The notes: generated from the letters alone by a model not told the origin. Positions 1-15,277 are shown, numbered from the whole stretch's first letter. The stretch: DNA of 57,162 bases, filler included, from Squatina squatina (GCA_031763465.1; 4 parts of 3 records of this genome joined end to end with filler, not necessarily neighbours in it), one strand, 5' to 3'. Made by a program: numbers and translations.

Positions 1-1433
1 CTAAAATGTTCTTTCCCATTAAAACAGAAACAAAATTCTCATTACCCTTGGTTCTTGCATCTTGCCTGCTTGACACACAATTTTGAAAAACTGTATAGAA
101 TCATGTCTGTGACTTATTGTCTCATTTTAAATGCGCGTGCTCAACTCACTACATTTGGTTGTATTATAGTTAAATTCATTATCAAAGTAACAATGGTTTC
201 AACTCAGCAAATTGTATAAGAATAAAAGTTAGGATTAACAAATTTTTGTACAACAGTGGAATTTTCTCTTATGTATAATGTACTTTTTAATTTGTACNNN
301 NNNNNNNCAAGGCACCGATGTAGACTGCTTTCCTTTGTAGGTGGGATTTGATTTTGTCTTGTGCCTTACTTGAAAACAGGCGTAACTGAATGACTGCTGA
401 GGCAGAAGACCAGTTCTCGGACTTGGCTGTTTTAGTATTTACTTACTGAGAGACAAAACCATTACAGCTGCCAATGTCTGAACACAATTTTTTTTGTGGT
501 GAACTCCAGTATTTCTTGATCAATATTTCCTGGTTATGCAGACTCAGTTTTTGTTATTCCATTGAGGAGGAAATTGGAAATTTATTAATGCATGTAATAC
601 TGCTGCATTTTTTTTCTTTAGGGTGATGTGGTTCTCATTTCTTTAACTGTGCAGTTCTCCATAATTTGGGCTACCGAAGAAAAATCTTGAGGATAACTAT
701 GTATTCAGGTGATCTTTAGTCAGGCAGTAGACAGTATCCTGATAAGTTAGCAGTTCTGCAACCTGAAACGTCCTTTTTGTCTGCTGCCAATATCAGTGTC
801 ACATTTACCAGCAACTCCAGGTATCTTGTGATTGGCCGATTGGTAATCCATGTTTTCCCAGCCACTGTCATGTTCTAGGCTTTGCTTACATGCTCTGCAG
901 CTTCCAAATAGCCAAATGTGTTGTGTTTTCTAGTCGCTTGCTGTGTCGCTTCCTTTTTCTAATCTTGTGGTTTCTGAACAAACTTTCTTGGGATTTTTGC
1001 AAGCAATATAGTTGTAACATTTTTGAAAGGCTGCTTCCCATTTGAAATGGATGAGAAAGTTAAATGTGCAAATGTTGGGATTACTGGTTACATAATGTCA
1101 GTAGAATATCAAAAGCATGTTTCAGGAAGTGCATTTACTACCTTTTCTGGATCAGTCAATGCAATTGAAATTGGCAAACCAAATTTTGGACCTTGGACTA
1201 TACTGAAATGGTTATGTTCCTGATATATTGAGCACAGTCCTCCTGTAGTGTAAATTGCTTTCACCCTAACTTTTTTTTAATCCCGCACTGAACATAAGGG
1301 AATATACAAAGTATCCAATGTAATCAGTTCTTTGTTTACGCTGATGGGCTGTTGCCTAATATAGTGGTGCTTAGCCTTTATGTACAGTTCTTTGGGATCA
1401 TTTGTAAACCTTGTGATGACCAACACAGAATTG

Positions 1434-1545
1434 AATAAATCTCATTAGCAGTCCATTCCAGCACTGGAGACTGTAGTTTAATACTTCTAATGTTACTAAA
1501 ATTGTCAATAAAATTTCTAGATGTTTACTGTTATGTTGCTGTTGA
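1434..1545 (+). terminator. Candidate polyadenylation region of an upstream gene's 3' UTR
   Basis: AATAAA at 1434-1439 and 1507-1512, followed by a GT/T-rich stretch, at the end of a repeat-free T-rich 1.2 kb segment. Confidence 0.35.
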
Positions 1546-2032
1546 ATCTTGGGAAAGTAGAGTATTGTTGGCTTGTATATTTACCCATATTATGCTGGTA
1601 AATCAAAAGAAATATTAAATGCAATGAATTAAAGTCATTTTGAAATTGGAATATATTCAGCAGAATATATTATTTTGGCCTGATAATAGTTTTACTCTGC
1701 TTAAAGGCATGTTTAAACTGCTTGGAAATAGAGCAACAATCTATACATGTGTTGAATCGCTTTTAAGTAACCCAAGTTTCACATCAAATATTTGCTGTCT
1801 TGCTCAAATTTCACACGCCATCTTGGTCACTGTTGTATTTTTTTTTTACTTTTAATGCACATGTAGGCTGTAGAAATTAAATCTTAGTTTATGTCCATCT
1901 GTCTTACTGAGACTTAAGTTTGAGGACTGTCCNNNNNNNNNNNNNNNNNNNNNNNNNNNNNNNNNNNNNNNNNNNNNNNNNNNNNNNNNNNNNNNNNNNN
2001 NNNNNNNNNNNNNNNNNNNNNNNNNNNNNNNN

Positions 2033-2290
2033 TATCCTTTCATTCTTTTGGTGATGACCTTAACTTTTTGCTCCCTAGTTATGACTCACTGGAAATAATG
2101 TTTCCCTATTTACCTTATCAAAGCTCCTTATAATCTTGAGCATCTCTATCAGATCTCCTTCTCCGTTCCAGTGAGGTGCCCCAATTTCTCAAGCTTCTCT
2201 TGCCCGGTATTATCTTAGTAAATCTCTCCTTCCCCTCTCTGTAACCTTGCCATCCTTCCTTAAGTGGAGTGTCCAAAGCTGGAGACGACA
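2033..2290 (-). mobile_element. CR1-type LINE fragment, degenerate
   Basis: Antisense similarity to the distal CR1 ORF2 region that is seen in sense at 56630-57045. Confidence 0.5.
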
Positions 2291-3554
2291 GGATAAGTTT
2301 TGCAAAGTCTTGCACCTCTGACTGGGTCTCACAATTTGTTGTAATATTCTAACTGCCACATAATTAGTGATTTGTATAGATTTAGCATTACCTCAGAGGA
2401 AAACAAACATTAATATTCAACAAATCACCCTCACTACGCATAATAGTCACTCTCATTCTGACAGCTCAAATGAGATTTAGAATTTTTGAATGGCAGTAGC
2501 TGAAAATTTAAATTTGATTTCTGCTAAGCCAAGTCACTATAGAACTAATTTTCTGAATGTGCACAATCAGTGGCAGGCCTTGCTTGTCAGCTGTGCATAT
2601 GGAAGATTGTGGATGTGATGCCTGTTATTTCCTAATATGTGTGGCCTGCAAGTAGCATACATTGAAACACTGACCCCATAGGTAAAATAAATTTAACCTG
2701 GTTCTGAAGTTAGTTGGAGTTGTATTGTTTTTTGTAACAGGTTTAATTTTCTTCTCTTCCCTTTCTGTGGACTTCTTGTACATAATCATTCGTGGGCTGA
2801 GGGGGCAGGAAGTGGTCTGGATCTCTGCCAAAGCTACTTTATACATGGCTACTGGGAAATGTACAACAGCAAGATGGAGTGGCATTTTCTTCAATCTTCC
2901 TTTGATTCTTCCCTCCGGTAAAACACGTGACTTCCTCTCCATAGTTCCCCATGACAACATGCCTGATACTGGGAACTCATTACGGGGGAAGATTTCCTTT
3001 GTGTGTTCTGTACCATGAAATCATAAATATGTTTATAAAGGTTGGATCTATAATATTGGCACAGAGGGAATCTTCCCCCTCCCCCCTTCCCATATCCCAA
3101 CATGGCAAATCACGGTCATAAATCTGTGTCAATCCGTACTTCATTAATCACTTGTACTTGTCCTTCAGAATGGAACAACAGATTTTAAGTCCTAGCAAAG
3201 TTTAACTCACTTGTTGAATTTCACATATTTACATTTACAAGTCTATTAATATCCTACTATGTGCAGTGCAGCAAATAGTTCAGGACTGTGACAACACCAT
3301 AGTCTAAAAGCAATCTTCTGCTTAAAATTAGGAATAGTTATGGTCAGAATTTATTTTCTTAACTTTGGTTTAAATTTGTAAAATTCTATTTACTTTCCTT
3401 GCTAGGGAATCGGTTATTAGAAACTTGGACAAACACAATCTATGTCCAAATACGATGCATACAAGTACAACTATGTTTATTTTCCAGCTTGATTTTGTGT
3501 AAACATCTTCTACCATTGGGAAGATGCAGCAGTTAGATATTCAGCCATAAATTG

Positions 3555-3728
3555 TTGGAAAAAATTCTGAGGGGCAGTATTAATCGTCATTTAGAAAGAC
3601 ACAGATTAATCAGGGACAGTCAGCATGGATTCGTTAAGGGAAGGTCATGTCTGACTAACTTGACTTAATTTTTTGAGGAGGTAACAAGGCGGGTGTCGAT
3701 GAGGGTAGTGAGTTTGATGTAGTCTACA
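3555..3728 (+). mobile_element. CR1-type LINE ORF2 reverse transcriptase fragment
   Basis: Translates to SQHGFVKGRSCLTNL..FFEEVTR and DEGSEFDVVY, typical CR1 RT motifs, with a stop and a frameshift. Confidence 0.85.
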
Positions 3729-4415
3729 NNNNNNNNNNNNNNNNNNNNNNNNNNNNNNNNNNNNNNNNNNNNNNNNNNNNNNNNNNNNNNNNNNNNNNNN
3801 NNNNNNNNNNNNNNNNNNNNNNNNNNNNTACCATGCTATAAAACATTGGGTGGGCTTGCATTATCAGTGACAGAATTGCAAGCTGGAGCATTGCCTTATT
3901 TGATGTACTGGATTCTGCTATTGAATGGAGGTGAGCGAAATGATGTATTTAGACAGGAAGAAAGGATGATTCATGGCTTCCTTAATTATGTCATCTAAAC
4001 CTCACCAGGATAAGGATGTAATTTGAGAAGTATCCAGAGCTGGCAGACAAGTCCCTAGTTGCTTCACCACCTGCCATGCTGCACTCTGAACCATCTGCTG
4101 CCTTGTGCTGAGCCAGCACTTGAACGTCTGTCAGCTGATATAGCTAATAATTGGGTGATGACTGGAGCTGTGGCCACCAATAGACCAGTACAATATGGCT
4201 GCTGTGCAAGCAAATGAGCATAGAACTATGCAATGTCATGGTGGGGGAGGGGAACATCAGCTCCGCACAGCGTTCCTGCCTCTGCTTCAGGCAGTGATTG
4301 TTAAATCTCTGCAGTCAGTCACTGTCACTGAGAAGCATTGTAATAATGCACATATTTAGTTCATGGCGCCAACTTTGAAACCACTGGATAACTTCTGTTT
4401 ATTTCATTCTGTTTT

Positions 4416-4567
4416 ATAGAAACATAGAAATATAGAAAATAGGAGCAGGAGTAGGCCATTCGGCCCTTCGAACCTGCTCTGCCATTCAATATGATCATGG
4501 CTGATCGTCTAATTCAGTACCCTGCTCCCGCTTTCTCTCCATATCCCTTGATCCCTTTAGCCATAAG
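4416..4567 (-). mobile_element. CR1-type LINE 3' end
   Basis: Reverse complement of the 3' UTR hairpin GGAGCAGG...CCTGCTCC plus the TTTCTATG-type tail seen at 56988-57045. Confidence 0.8.
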
Positions 4568-4667
4568 NNNNNNNNNNNNNNNNNNNNNNNNNNNNNNNNN
4601 NNNNNNNNNNNNNNNNNNNNNNNNNNNNNNNNNNNNNNNNNNNNNNNNNNNNNNNNNNNNNNNNNNN

Positions 4668-4750
4668 GCCATGATCATATTGAATGGCGGAGCAGGCTCG
4701 AAGGGCCGAAGGGCCTACTCCTGCTCCTATTTTCTATGTTTTCTGTGTTT
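4668..4750 (+). mobile_element. CR1-type LINE 3' end
   Basis: GCCATGATC..GAATGGCGGAGCAGGCTCGAAGGGCCGAAGGGCCTACTCCTGCTCCTATTTTCTATGTTT; the same motif recurs many times in the window. Confidence 0.8.
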
Positions 4751-7552
4751 TTAAGTACAGTAACTAAAAGCAATTACCATTATTTGTTTCCTGGCCACGC
4801 TTCTGGAGCCTTACCTAGATCTCAAGGCAAGGACAGGCATTCCCGAAGCTATAGGGGATTTGGAGCTCACCCATGAGAACTATTTAAGATTCAAGAGCTG
4901 ACATAATCAAGAGCAAGAAGGCCCCAAAATGTAGCAATAGCCTTACATGCCAATGCTAACAGAGGATACAGACTGGACTCATGCTATCCAATTGTTCTGC
5001 AGAAGATTGCTGCTATAGTTTCAAAAAGTAAGCACACAGATCTATTATTCGTTTTTAAATTATTTTCTAGGTTACTGACAGTAGAATTGGATTTAAAAAT
5101 TGATTTTAGATGAGTTGCAGCTTGTTCACCATGCCAACAGGTTGCTATGGGGAACTGAAAAAAAAATCAAGTGCCTCTTAAAAGGGCAGTGAATTCATTG
5201 TTTTGTCTGATTACTTTGATAGCTGAACTTATAGATGTTGTTCATTGCTGGAATTTGATGGGATGGAAATTAACATAGCCTTTGGGATTCCTTACATCAG
5301 TTTTTAGAATATATTTTGAAAAATATATTTCAGTTAGGTTGGCTGCTCTGACCTCGTCACTACAATAAGTATGACTTAAATCAAATTTAAGCAAAGTTGT
5401 GACCACGTTGCTGAATAAAAGGATTTTTTTGTGCCATGGTACGAATTCTGTGATAACCAATACAAACTGCAATTATAAGATTCAGCTACAAATTCCTCTG
5501 AGGTTGCCATGCCAATCTCAATCTGGAGCAGAGAGAGCACAACTCGGGACAGGCAAGGCACAATTTCCCAATAATAAATCAGTGAAAGACATGGTGGAAA
5601 TGTTACAAACAGCGCTGGTTGCTAAATGTTTTCCAATTTGTTGCTGAATTGCCAACACAACAAAAACGCAACCTGAGCTTGGATTAAATAGTCCGTTACA
5701 CCAGAGACCTTTGTGGACCCAAGAATTACATTACAGAGGGAAACCACTGTGAATTAAAGTATTAACATAAAAATGAGTGGAACAGCAGCAGAGTGAATGG
5801 AGGCTGGGAACAATAAGTGCGCAGTCAGTAGTCTCATGGATGTGTTTAAATCCTTTTCCGCCTGACGTTTCAACAGCTTTGCACAGCAATGAGCCTGGTG
5901 TCTGACTCTCTGCATTCTGATTGGTCTTCCTGTGGGCATGTGGACAGAGGGAATGTGTGAGAATAACAAACTGCTGAATGGGCCTAAGCTTTCGTTCTGA
6001 GCTATTGGTTTCCATGGCAATCCAATACCCAGGGAGTGCTGAGGGGGAGTGAAAGGGGGCCATGAGATGATGAGATAACAACGAATTCAATTTTTCAGCT
6101 TTAATGAAAAAAATAGTTGAAGATTGTGCAAATAGAAGTGTACATTGTGTGGCTGACTGAAGCAACAAAGAAAACTTAGAGACTGCAATAGTTCAGTGGC
6201 ATTCACAGAAGACTAAGATAAATGTAAAATCATTACCTCAGAGCAGAAGCAATGATTCAAAAAAATGAAAATATATTTGCAAGTGTGTTTCATTGTATAA
6301 ACATTTCACAATACTGTACCCAGCGCCTGAAAGCTCAATGTTGCCTGACCTGCAAATTCATTGTGTAAACATTTTCAGTTCTCAGGCCTTCTACATCAAG
6401 AGGAAGCAGTTTCTTGCCAGTAAGTGCACCTCACAACCATTTGAGTGATTTGCAACCAGTTCACCAGTCTCCTGGCTAAGGATAATTGGCAGAGGCTTAA
6501 AGTAACCTTAAAAACTAAAATATAAAAACAAGAAGGAAAAGAGGGTATTAGTAAATGCAAAAATGATATTTTGACATGCTGAAAGTAGACGCAGCAATGA
6601 ATTTCTAAGCATGATAATTCCAATTCAAAGTCACTTAAATTCCTGAAATTTAGAGGATTAAAAAGATTAACTCCATCACTGGCCCATNNNNNNNNNNNNN
6701 NNNNNNNNNNNNNNNNNNNNNNNNNNNNNNNNNNNNNNNNNNNNNNNNNNNNNNNNNNNNNNNNNNNNNNNNNNNNNNNNNNNNNNNTTTTCTCTTGCTG
6801 AAGGTTGCACACATACCTTTATCTGGCCAAAACACAATCCTCGAGCGATTATTATTTTTTAAATCCACATAGCTCTCTCGTTTTCTTTGCCGATTGCTGC
6901 AGCGAGTCACGACATCCCCACTCTCGCCCTCCCCAACGAGCCTGCCAATGAAACGCTCCACTTATTGAGGGACTCTCCGGTTGTTAATGTGGTGCTGGGA
7001 GCTTGAGTGAGCGGTGCAATGGGAAGCAGCGGTTCTCTTTCCTCCCCCCCGGCAGATGGCTGGATCTGATCAGTTTTGGATGCTTGCATGCCAGGCGGAG
7101 GAATACAGACCGAGTGGGACACACAATGCAGTAATCTGGGACAAGGCACCGCAGCAGCGCATGGCTGGTTAAGGGTTCCTGCATTAATGCTGCAGTGTGC
7201 TCCACTGATTCAAAAAATAAAATCAAATGTAACTTTAACCACATCTGTAAACAATGACTTTGGTGAGGATTTGAACAAAATTATTTAAATAGATTAATAT
7301 TGCTTTCCTCGTGCATGTTTTGGGATGCTTATTTTCAAGATGAGAAAAATTCTTCTTGTTATGAATCCGTGCAATATTAATCAACAAATCTATAAAGAGT
7401 GGTTCTGGATCGGAAGTTTGCACCTATGCATTATGTATAGGAACAAAAATGCATTCCATAAACAGTATGATGGTTCCATCTTAATTAACTGGTTTGTTTA
7501 TTATTGCATAACTAATCTCCAGCTATTGCCCAAAACTCCATTATGGTATTGA

Positions 7553-7804
<252 letters not shown>

Positions 7805-8632
7805 TAGTTTTTATTTGTGTATGTTTACTCACGAATATGAGAGAAAACAGTGCTGAGAACTGAAACATCTTTCCACTGAAAAGCATCTCTACCTCACAAA
7901 TGATAACAGCATGGATTAAATGCATCAGCTTCATTGCCTAATGTTCTGCCTTGACTGCAAACTGAAAAAGTACACTGATACAATTTGTTACTTTGAGCAA
8001 TATAAGATAGATTTTCTGATCAAGGTGCAGTTTATTCCCATGCACGATGAAGGAAGAGAAGACTGGAAGCAGAGTCAGCCTAACCCAGTCATGTATCCAT
8101 TAGCAGCCAGTTACATATTGGCTGATAGCTCACCCATCCTCTTGGCTATTAGCTGATGTTTGGCATAGATTCATCGTAGGGTGAAATGGAAACGGAAGTA
8201 TTGTGCCTTAGTGTGAATTTGCTGGTTTCTTTGCTGTGGCATTGACTTTGAAGCTTTTGCAACTATTGCACCAGGTCACCTGCTGGAGAACAAACCCAAC
8301 AGTTACCCAACTAATTAGCTTGGCAATGTCCACACTTCGATTTTGGTTACACTTTCATGTGTGGTGATTATAGACTTTGGCCCTGAACTTCCACAGGGCT
8401 CTCCTGCCATGGAGAACCAGTGTAAAAGGACATTCTTGGCTATTTACGCTAGTTCTCCAGGGATTCCATCCATCTCCCATCGGAAAACACCTGCAGAAAT
8501 TAAAGGTATTTTTGTACAGGTACTTGCTTTGGNNNNNNNNNNNNNNNNNNNNNNNNNNNNNNNNNNNNNNNNNNNNNNNNNNNNNNNNNNNNNNNNNNNN
8601 NNNNNNNNNNNNNNNNNNNNNNNNNNNNNNNN

Positions 8633-8720
8633 CTCCAAACCACTCTACCTTTCCCTCTAACTTCACTCTACCCTTCAACTTCACTCTACCTTTCTGTCCA
8701 CTCCACTCTACTTTCTCCCC
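8633..8720. repeat. Degenerate pyrimidine-rich tandem repeat (CACTCTAC core, 4 copies, about 20-bp period)
   Basis: CACTCTAC recurs four times between 8641 and about 8711. Confidence 0.6.
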
Positions 8721-9290
8721 ACCCTCCTTTACCTTTCGCCTTTGCTCTCTTCTGGCCTCTATCATTGCAATCCTCCCTCGGCCCTTTCGAATTACATCCC
8801 ACCCTCGAACCCTGCTTGTCTTGTAGACTGCATTTCAGAAATTGGCTAGCATACAGTGAAGCCACTGACGACTGTACAGAAAGCATTGCTTAATGTGTTT
8901 GTGTTAAATTTCTCTGTCTGCTAGTTTAGCTGGGCATTAGCCCATGCCTTTTAACTAGGTTTAAAGTTGTGCAGAGAAATCTGATATCAGCATATTACAT
9001 GCCCCTGTGCCAACCCACACAGTGGCATAGTTGATTAGTGGAATCAGAGTCTCCTTTGCTCATTGTCGAGTAAAATGTAGGGACCCCTCCAAGACAAACA
9101 CCATCCCTGGCAGTGGTTAATGCCCATTGTGGGAGCAGCGTAGGATACAGCACTGGTTTATTGTTTGCTATAAATTCACCTAATGGTTAAATAATGCAAA
9201 TATGTAACAGGTTATCATTGTGTGTTCAATGATATTGTAACATTTAGTGTACAGTATTAAATCTATTCATGGTTAATACAGCCTATTTGA

Positions 9291-10397
<1,107 letters not shown>

Positions 10398-11754
10398 TTA
10401 TGGGGCAATAACTGTCAAAATAAAACTGGAAACATTTTGTTTTACATGAAGTAATGTGGAATGCTACCCATGTTGATTTATTTCTGTTTGCCTAGATCAG
10501 GCCAGTTTGTTTACATGTGTCTTTGTTTAGGTGGGAGTTCATTGCAAATTGTTCACACCATTTGACCTAAAAATGGTCTCAATTATGATGGTTTAAAGTG
10601 CAGGAAATTCTTACCTAATAAGGCTTGTGAATGCAGTTTTGCAGGCTCAGTCTGTTGAGATTGACGTCATATATGGGCATACGTTAGGATAATTATTACT
10701 GTTGGCATATCAATGAGCATCCTTTGCTAGATGTGTATTACATTACATCATTGTCTATTTCCCTGCAGGATGCCTGAGCCAATTACTTGTACACGCCCCT
10801 CTGACCTCATTTACATATCTAGTTGACTTTGGCAAATCCAGCTCACATTATAGAGCACATTTTTTTGAGGTCTCTTGCTGACAGGATTAACCTGCTCAAC
10901 CTTCATAAAGAGCAAGGTGTTGAGTCAATAAATGGTCAGGTCATATGTGAACACAATAATGTTATTTATGCATGTTAATGACCTGTTATCCAGCATGCAG
11001 CCATTAATTCATCAGTAAGCAGCAGTCNNNNNNNNNNNNNNNNNNNNNNNNNNNNNNNNNNNNNNNNNNNNNNNNNNNNNNNNNNNNNNNNNNNNNNNNN
11101 NNNNNNNNNNNNNNNNNNNNNNNNNNNTGTCAATATTTGTACAGGAAAGCATGAAAACCACTGCTGTACGTACTTATTAAATTATGCAGAGATTTGTTAT
11201 CTTCTTGAATACGTCATGTAGCCAAGACTAATTCTTGCAAGGGTTCTATTTCAATGTATTTGGCTTTATTTGATCTTGTTTGCCAATGTTTTATCGAATT
11301 AGCAATAACTATAAATAATGAATGCAAACTTTGTAGGGTTCGATGGGTCATTGATTTCTCCTAATTAAAGAAAATCTGTAATTTGATCCATCACCATTCA
11401 GGAAATGAATTCTTCCTTCCCTCCCTCAACATTAATAAAACATATTAATCTATATGCATATATTATCTATCCAGCTATCCATATATTATTAAAATATTGC
11501 ACATATGAGCACTTCCTGTCCACAAACCTTACTTCCTGTTGTCACCATTTTTGACAATGCTATTTTGTCAACATTTCACATTGAAGCTATCTGTATAAAT
11601 ATTTTATAGTGGCATTTCACCATGTAAACTGTTGTCTTTCACTGTCAACTGATANNNNNNNNNNNNNNNNNNNNNNNNNNNNNNNNNNNNNNNNNNNNNN
11701 NNNNNNNNNNNNNNNNNNNNNNNNNNNNNNNNNNNNNNNNNNNNNNNNNNNNNN

Positions 11755-12008
11755 CACAGGCGGCAAGGCGAGCGGAGAGCTCCAAAATGGATGAGCTGGC
11801 ATCAACTCAACGTTGTACGCTGATTGACGTCACTCCGCAACTCAGTAAAATACTCTTGCCAATAGCAGGTAACAGCAGCGCTGCCGACCTGCCAAAAATG
11901 ACGGCCACCACGGGACCCGCCACCAGCAGGCGGAAGAGAGCGGCTGCCGTTTTTTTCACCATTTCTTGGCGGTAACGGGTGGCACAAACCATCCCGAATT
12001 TCGAGGCC
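11755..12008. mobile_element. GC-rich end of a non-autonomous DNA transposon (probably PIF/Harbinger)
   Basis: CpG-rich block ending CCCGAATTTCGAGGCC; shares GGCGGTAACGGGTG (11968-11981) exactly with the transposase-associated end at 55734-55747. Confidence 0.5.
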
Positions 12009-13760
12009 TTTATTTTTCTTGCAAATTAAATAAAACACCTAAAACAAAAACAGAATCAAGAAGTTCTGAATGCAATCAGCTTAGATGAAAGCTGCAACTA
12101 TGTTATATTCCACAATCAAACTATTATTCAAGGTTTTACGTTGAGGTAATTGATAAACCTGAAAATAAAAATCTGATGCTAAAATGCAGTGCGCTGATGC
12201 AATTTACTCTTAATTCAAACTAGAATTAGCAGGTAGTTCCCATTTAGCATTAACTTCCCATTTTGCTGTTATTCACGTTGCATAATTCAAATTACAAGAT
12301 GCAATACAGAAAACAATTTTGAATTATCAGGAGTATTTCTAAACCACAGTATGCATTTATGAGGGAGCACTACTATAACCTAATAATTGTATAATTTACC
12401 ATGTTATTTGTATATTTGTCCACATGTATTTTGACTGATCAGGGTTATTACCAATGTTACATTCTTTTGAGGGCAAATGATTCCCCAAAAGATTTAAATG
12501 CAGTGTTATTAGACTACCTGGCCAACAGACACAAGTTAATGTAGTCCTTTTAATCAGGATGTTCCAACAATTCAAGTGCAGTTTTACATTACTGTGCAAG
12601 TTTCAGTTGAGGGAATTGATGCCCATTTGGACATCCCATATTACTGGCCACGCTGCAAAAAAAAAAATCTCCAATAACTGCCCAGTCTTCATGTGTACGT
12701 CTGGACAGTGTCTGGAGACTACTTAAACATGGCTGCATCACAACCTCACCTCCATACATACAGTTTCCAGCAAGGGTCACTGGATTGCAAACAGGTGTGG
12801 AAACATTGGCTAATCCTATTTTCCCCCTTTCCTGGCAGAGAGACTAAACTGCAGCTATCCAAGATCAAGCCTGGGTCACTCCTTGTTCATGTGACTTAGT
12901 AACACATTAAGCAGTGGTTTTACTAACTGAACTGTTTGGGAAGCTTCCTGTTAGTCCAATCATAAACCACAGTTTTACAACTGGTATTAATTTATAAGAC
13001 AGCAATAAAAAGCCAACTAAAGTGTGTTATACTAGCCACCTAGTGTCTGGTGTGTCTTCAGCTGATCAACAGAAAGTTGGATAATGCTAGATCCATATAC
13101 CTCAATGGCTTTGGAAATGCACAGGACAACAGAGCTACAAGAATGGTTTCTTTCTAGTTAAGTTATAAAATTGCTGCATTCGAAACAAATGTTCAGATTT
13201 TAAATTCACTGGTATTTGACTCACTTGCCAAATTTTAACATTTATTGACTGGTAAAAAAAAAACTTAAGAGGATCTTCCTCCTCTTCAAACAGATTTTTG
13301 TGCCAGACTGCCAACCCACAAAGTTGCTTTAAAACATCAGGATAAACAACATGGCAATCTAGTCTTATTAAATAAGGGACAGAGCTTCATATTCATTTTT
13401 TTTAATGTTACAACATTGCATTGGAATGGCCTTACTGCTACCCTCAAGAGTAGACAAATTTGATCTGAACTTGCCAGGCTCCACAAAAAAAATGCTAGAA
13501 ACAAATCTTCAAAAATATTAAGTACAATTTAACAGCATTTAAGTTGTATATTATGCAGAAGTGGGTGTCTAAATAAGTTGCAGTTCAAGGCACTAATCAA
13601 AGCTGATTGACTAAAATATCCAGTTAAAAAACAGGTATAATCAGACTGTATATCATTTAATGTTAACGAAATCAACAGTTCAGATAAAACTACCTCATGT
13701 ACACAAGAGACACATGATTGCAACCTTTTGAAAATGGTCACATTCAGCAATTATGTACAT

Positions 13761-13766
13761 TTTATT
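13761..13766 (-). terminator. Candidate HADHA poly(A) signal
   Basis: TTTATT on + (AATAAA on -) about 40 nt downstream of the HADHA stop codon. Confidence 0.35.
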
Positions 13767-13804
13767 GGTTGAATTTGGTTATGTAGGTCGGTACAAGCTT
13801 TATC

Positions 13805-13950
13805 TTAGTGACGGAATTTCTTGCTCGTGTCTTTAGCGTAGTCCAGCAGCATCTGGCAAGGTGTGAACTCACTGCCATACACACTTTCATATTTCGTCAT
13901 CTTGTCAACCAGTGTGTTTGCTCCATAGGAATCTAAAAATTTGAATGGCC
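13805..13950 (-). CDS. HADHA: Mitochondrial trifunctional enzyme alpha subunit, last coding exon (146 nt)
   Basis: Acceptor ctttag, then (G)[47 protein letters not shown], matching the HADHA C-terminus (GPF.F.D.YGA...FTPCQ.L...KKF). Confidence 0.92.
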
Positions 13951-14543
13951 CTAAAGTGGATGAAACCCCATTAAAAATTAATTTCATTCTGAATAATAAC
14001 ATTTAAATAAAAGTGAATGATTTACCATTTTTGTCATACTGCAACACTGAATCCTATTTTAAGCATTGTAAATATTTGGCTATGAATACTTTTTCTCATC
14101 AGTGAGATACGCTATTCCACTCAAGTGGGGGTGTAAACAATCTTTTTTGTACGATCCATTCAAATACAACACTGGGATAGAACAGTTGCAATAAATCAAG
14201 CTGTATATTCAAAATTTATAATCCAGTTAAATACAAATTCCATGACNNNNNNNNNNNNNNNNNNNNNNNNNNNNNNNNNNNNNNNNNNNNNNNNNNNNNN
14301 NNNNNNNNNNNNNNNNNNNNNNNNNNNNNNNNNNNNNNNNNNNNNNTGACGCATTTGAATAGAAACAGCCTTTTGAGGTTAATTTGTGCCAAACAGTCCA
14401 AATTGACAGATTTAGTCACATATATGGAATAATACTTTATTCTACACATTTGAGAATAAGCTAACTGTGTAGTTTAAGGCCACAGAAGTTGATGTCACAA
14501 ATGTAGGACAAGTGAAATATGAAAAAGGTTATGAGTAAATTAC

Positions 14544-14684
14544 CTTTACTACAATGATGATTTTTCCCTGCTTAAGACCAATTGATACAGCGGCCGCAGT
14601 TGTGTCTTTGGAGGTTTTATCGGTGGTGATGATTTCCAGTAATTGCATCTTGTCCACAGGTGAGAAATAGTGCATTCCAATTAC
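14544..14684 (-). CDS. HADHA: HADHA internal exon (141 nt), 3-hydroxyacyl-CoA dehydrogenase domain
   Basis: AG/GT-bounded; [47 protein letters not shown] contains the GMHYFSPV catalytic His motif. Not in the ORF track. Confidence 0.95.
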
Positions 14685-14959
14685 CTAGACATCAGAATAT
14701 AGAGGGGAAAATTTTCAGCAGCTCTTAACAGTAAGTCTGATGGTCTCCAAAATACGGTTTCATAGGTCGATATTTTTCCAAAGGTGCATAAATATTAGAG
14801 AAGCATCAGAAATTTAGCAAAGATAGTTCCAACATTAAAAAAAGAGTAGGGCACTAATCTGATGGGCCAGTTAGCCTAATATCCACAGTGCGAAAATGCT
14901 TGAAGGCATTCTGCTTGATGGTAAAAATTAACATTTGAACAGCACTGGCATCATAGGGA

Positions 14960-15177
14960 GCAGTCAGCATGGCTTTATTAATAGATAATGCCTCAAACTC
15001 CTACTAGAATTCTTTGGTGAGGTATGTGTGGTTTACTAGGATTTTGAAAAGGTGTTCGACAAAGTTCTTCATGTGAGGCAACTTTGCTCATGGATTAATT
15101 GACAGATTTCCTTGATGGATTGAGAACTGGCTTGGCAACAGAGGGCAAGGCTGATGATAAATGGAAAGTGTTGTGCC
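14960..15177 (+). mobile_element. CR1-type LINE RT fragment, degenerate
   Basis: SQHGF, LLEFF, DFEKVFDKV and WIENWL-like motifs with frameshifts. Confidence 0.7.
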
Positions 15178-15277
15178 NNNNNNNNNNNNNNNNNNNNNNN
15201 NNNNNNNNNNNNNNNNNNNNNTTAATTAATTAANNNNNNNNNNNNNNNNNNNNNNNNNNNNNNNNNNNNNNNNNNNN
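15178..15277. other. Artificial scaffold linker (44 N + TTAATTAATTAA + 44 N)
   Basis: TTAATTAATTAA at 15222-15233 (stops in all six frames) centred in an exact 100-bp block; gene content changes across it. Confidence 0.95.

Noticed and set aside
4416-4750. Large inverted repeat or hairpin around the gap
   Set aside because: Two independent CR1 3' ends terminating adjacent contigs; the true distance is unknown.
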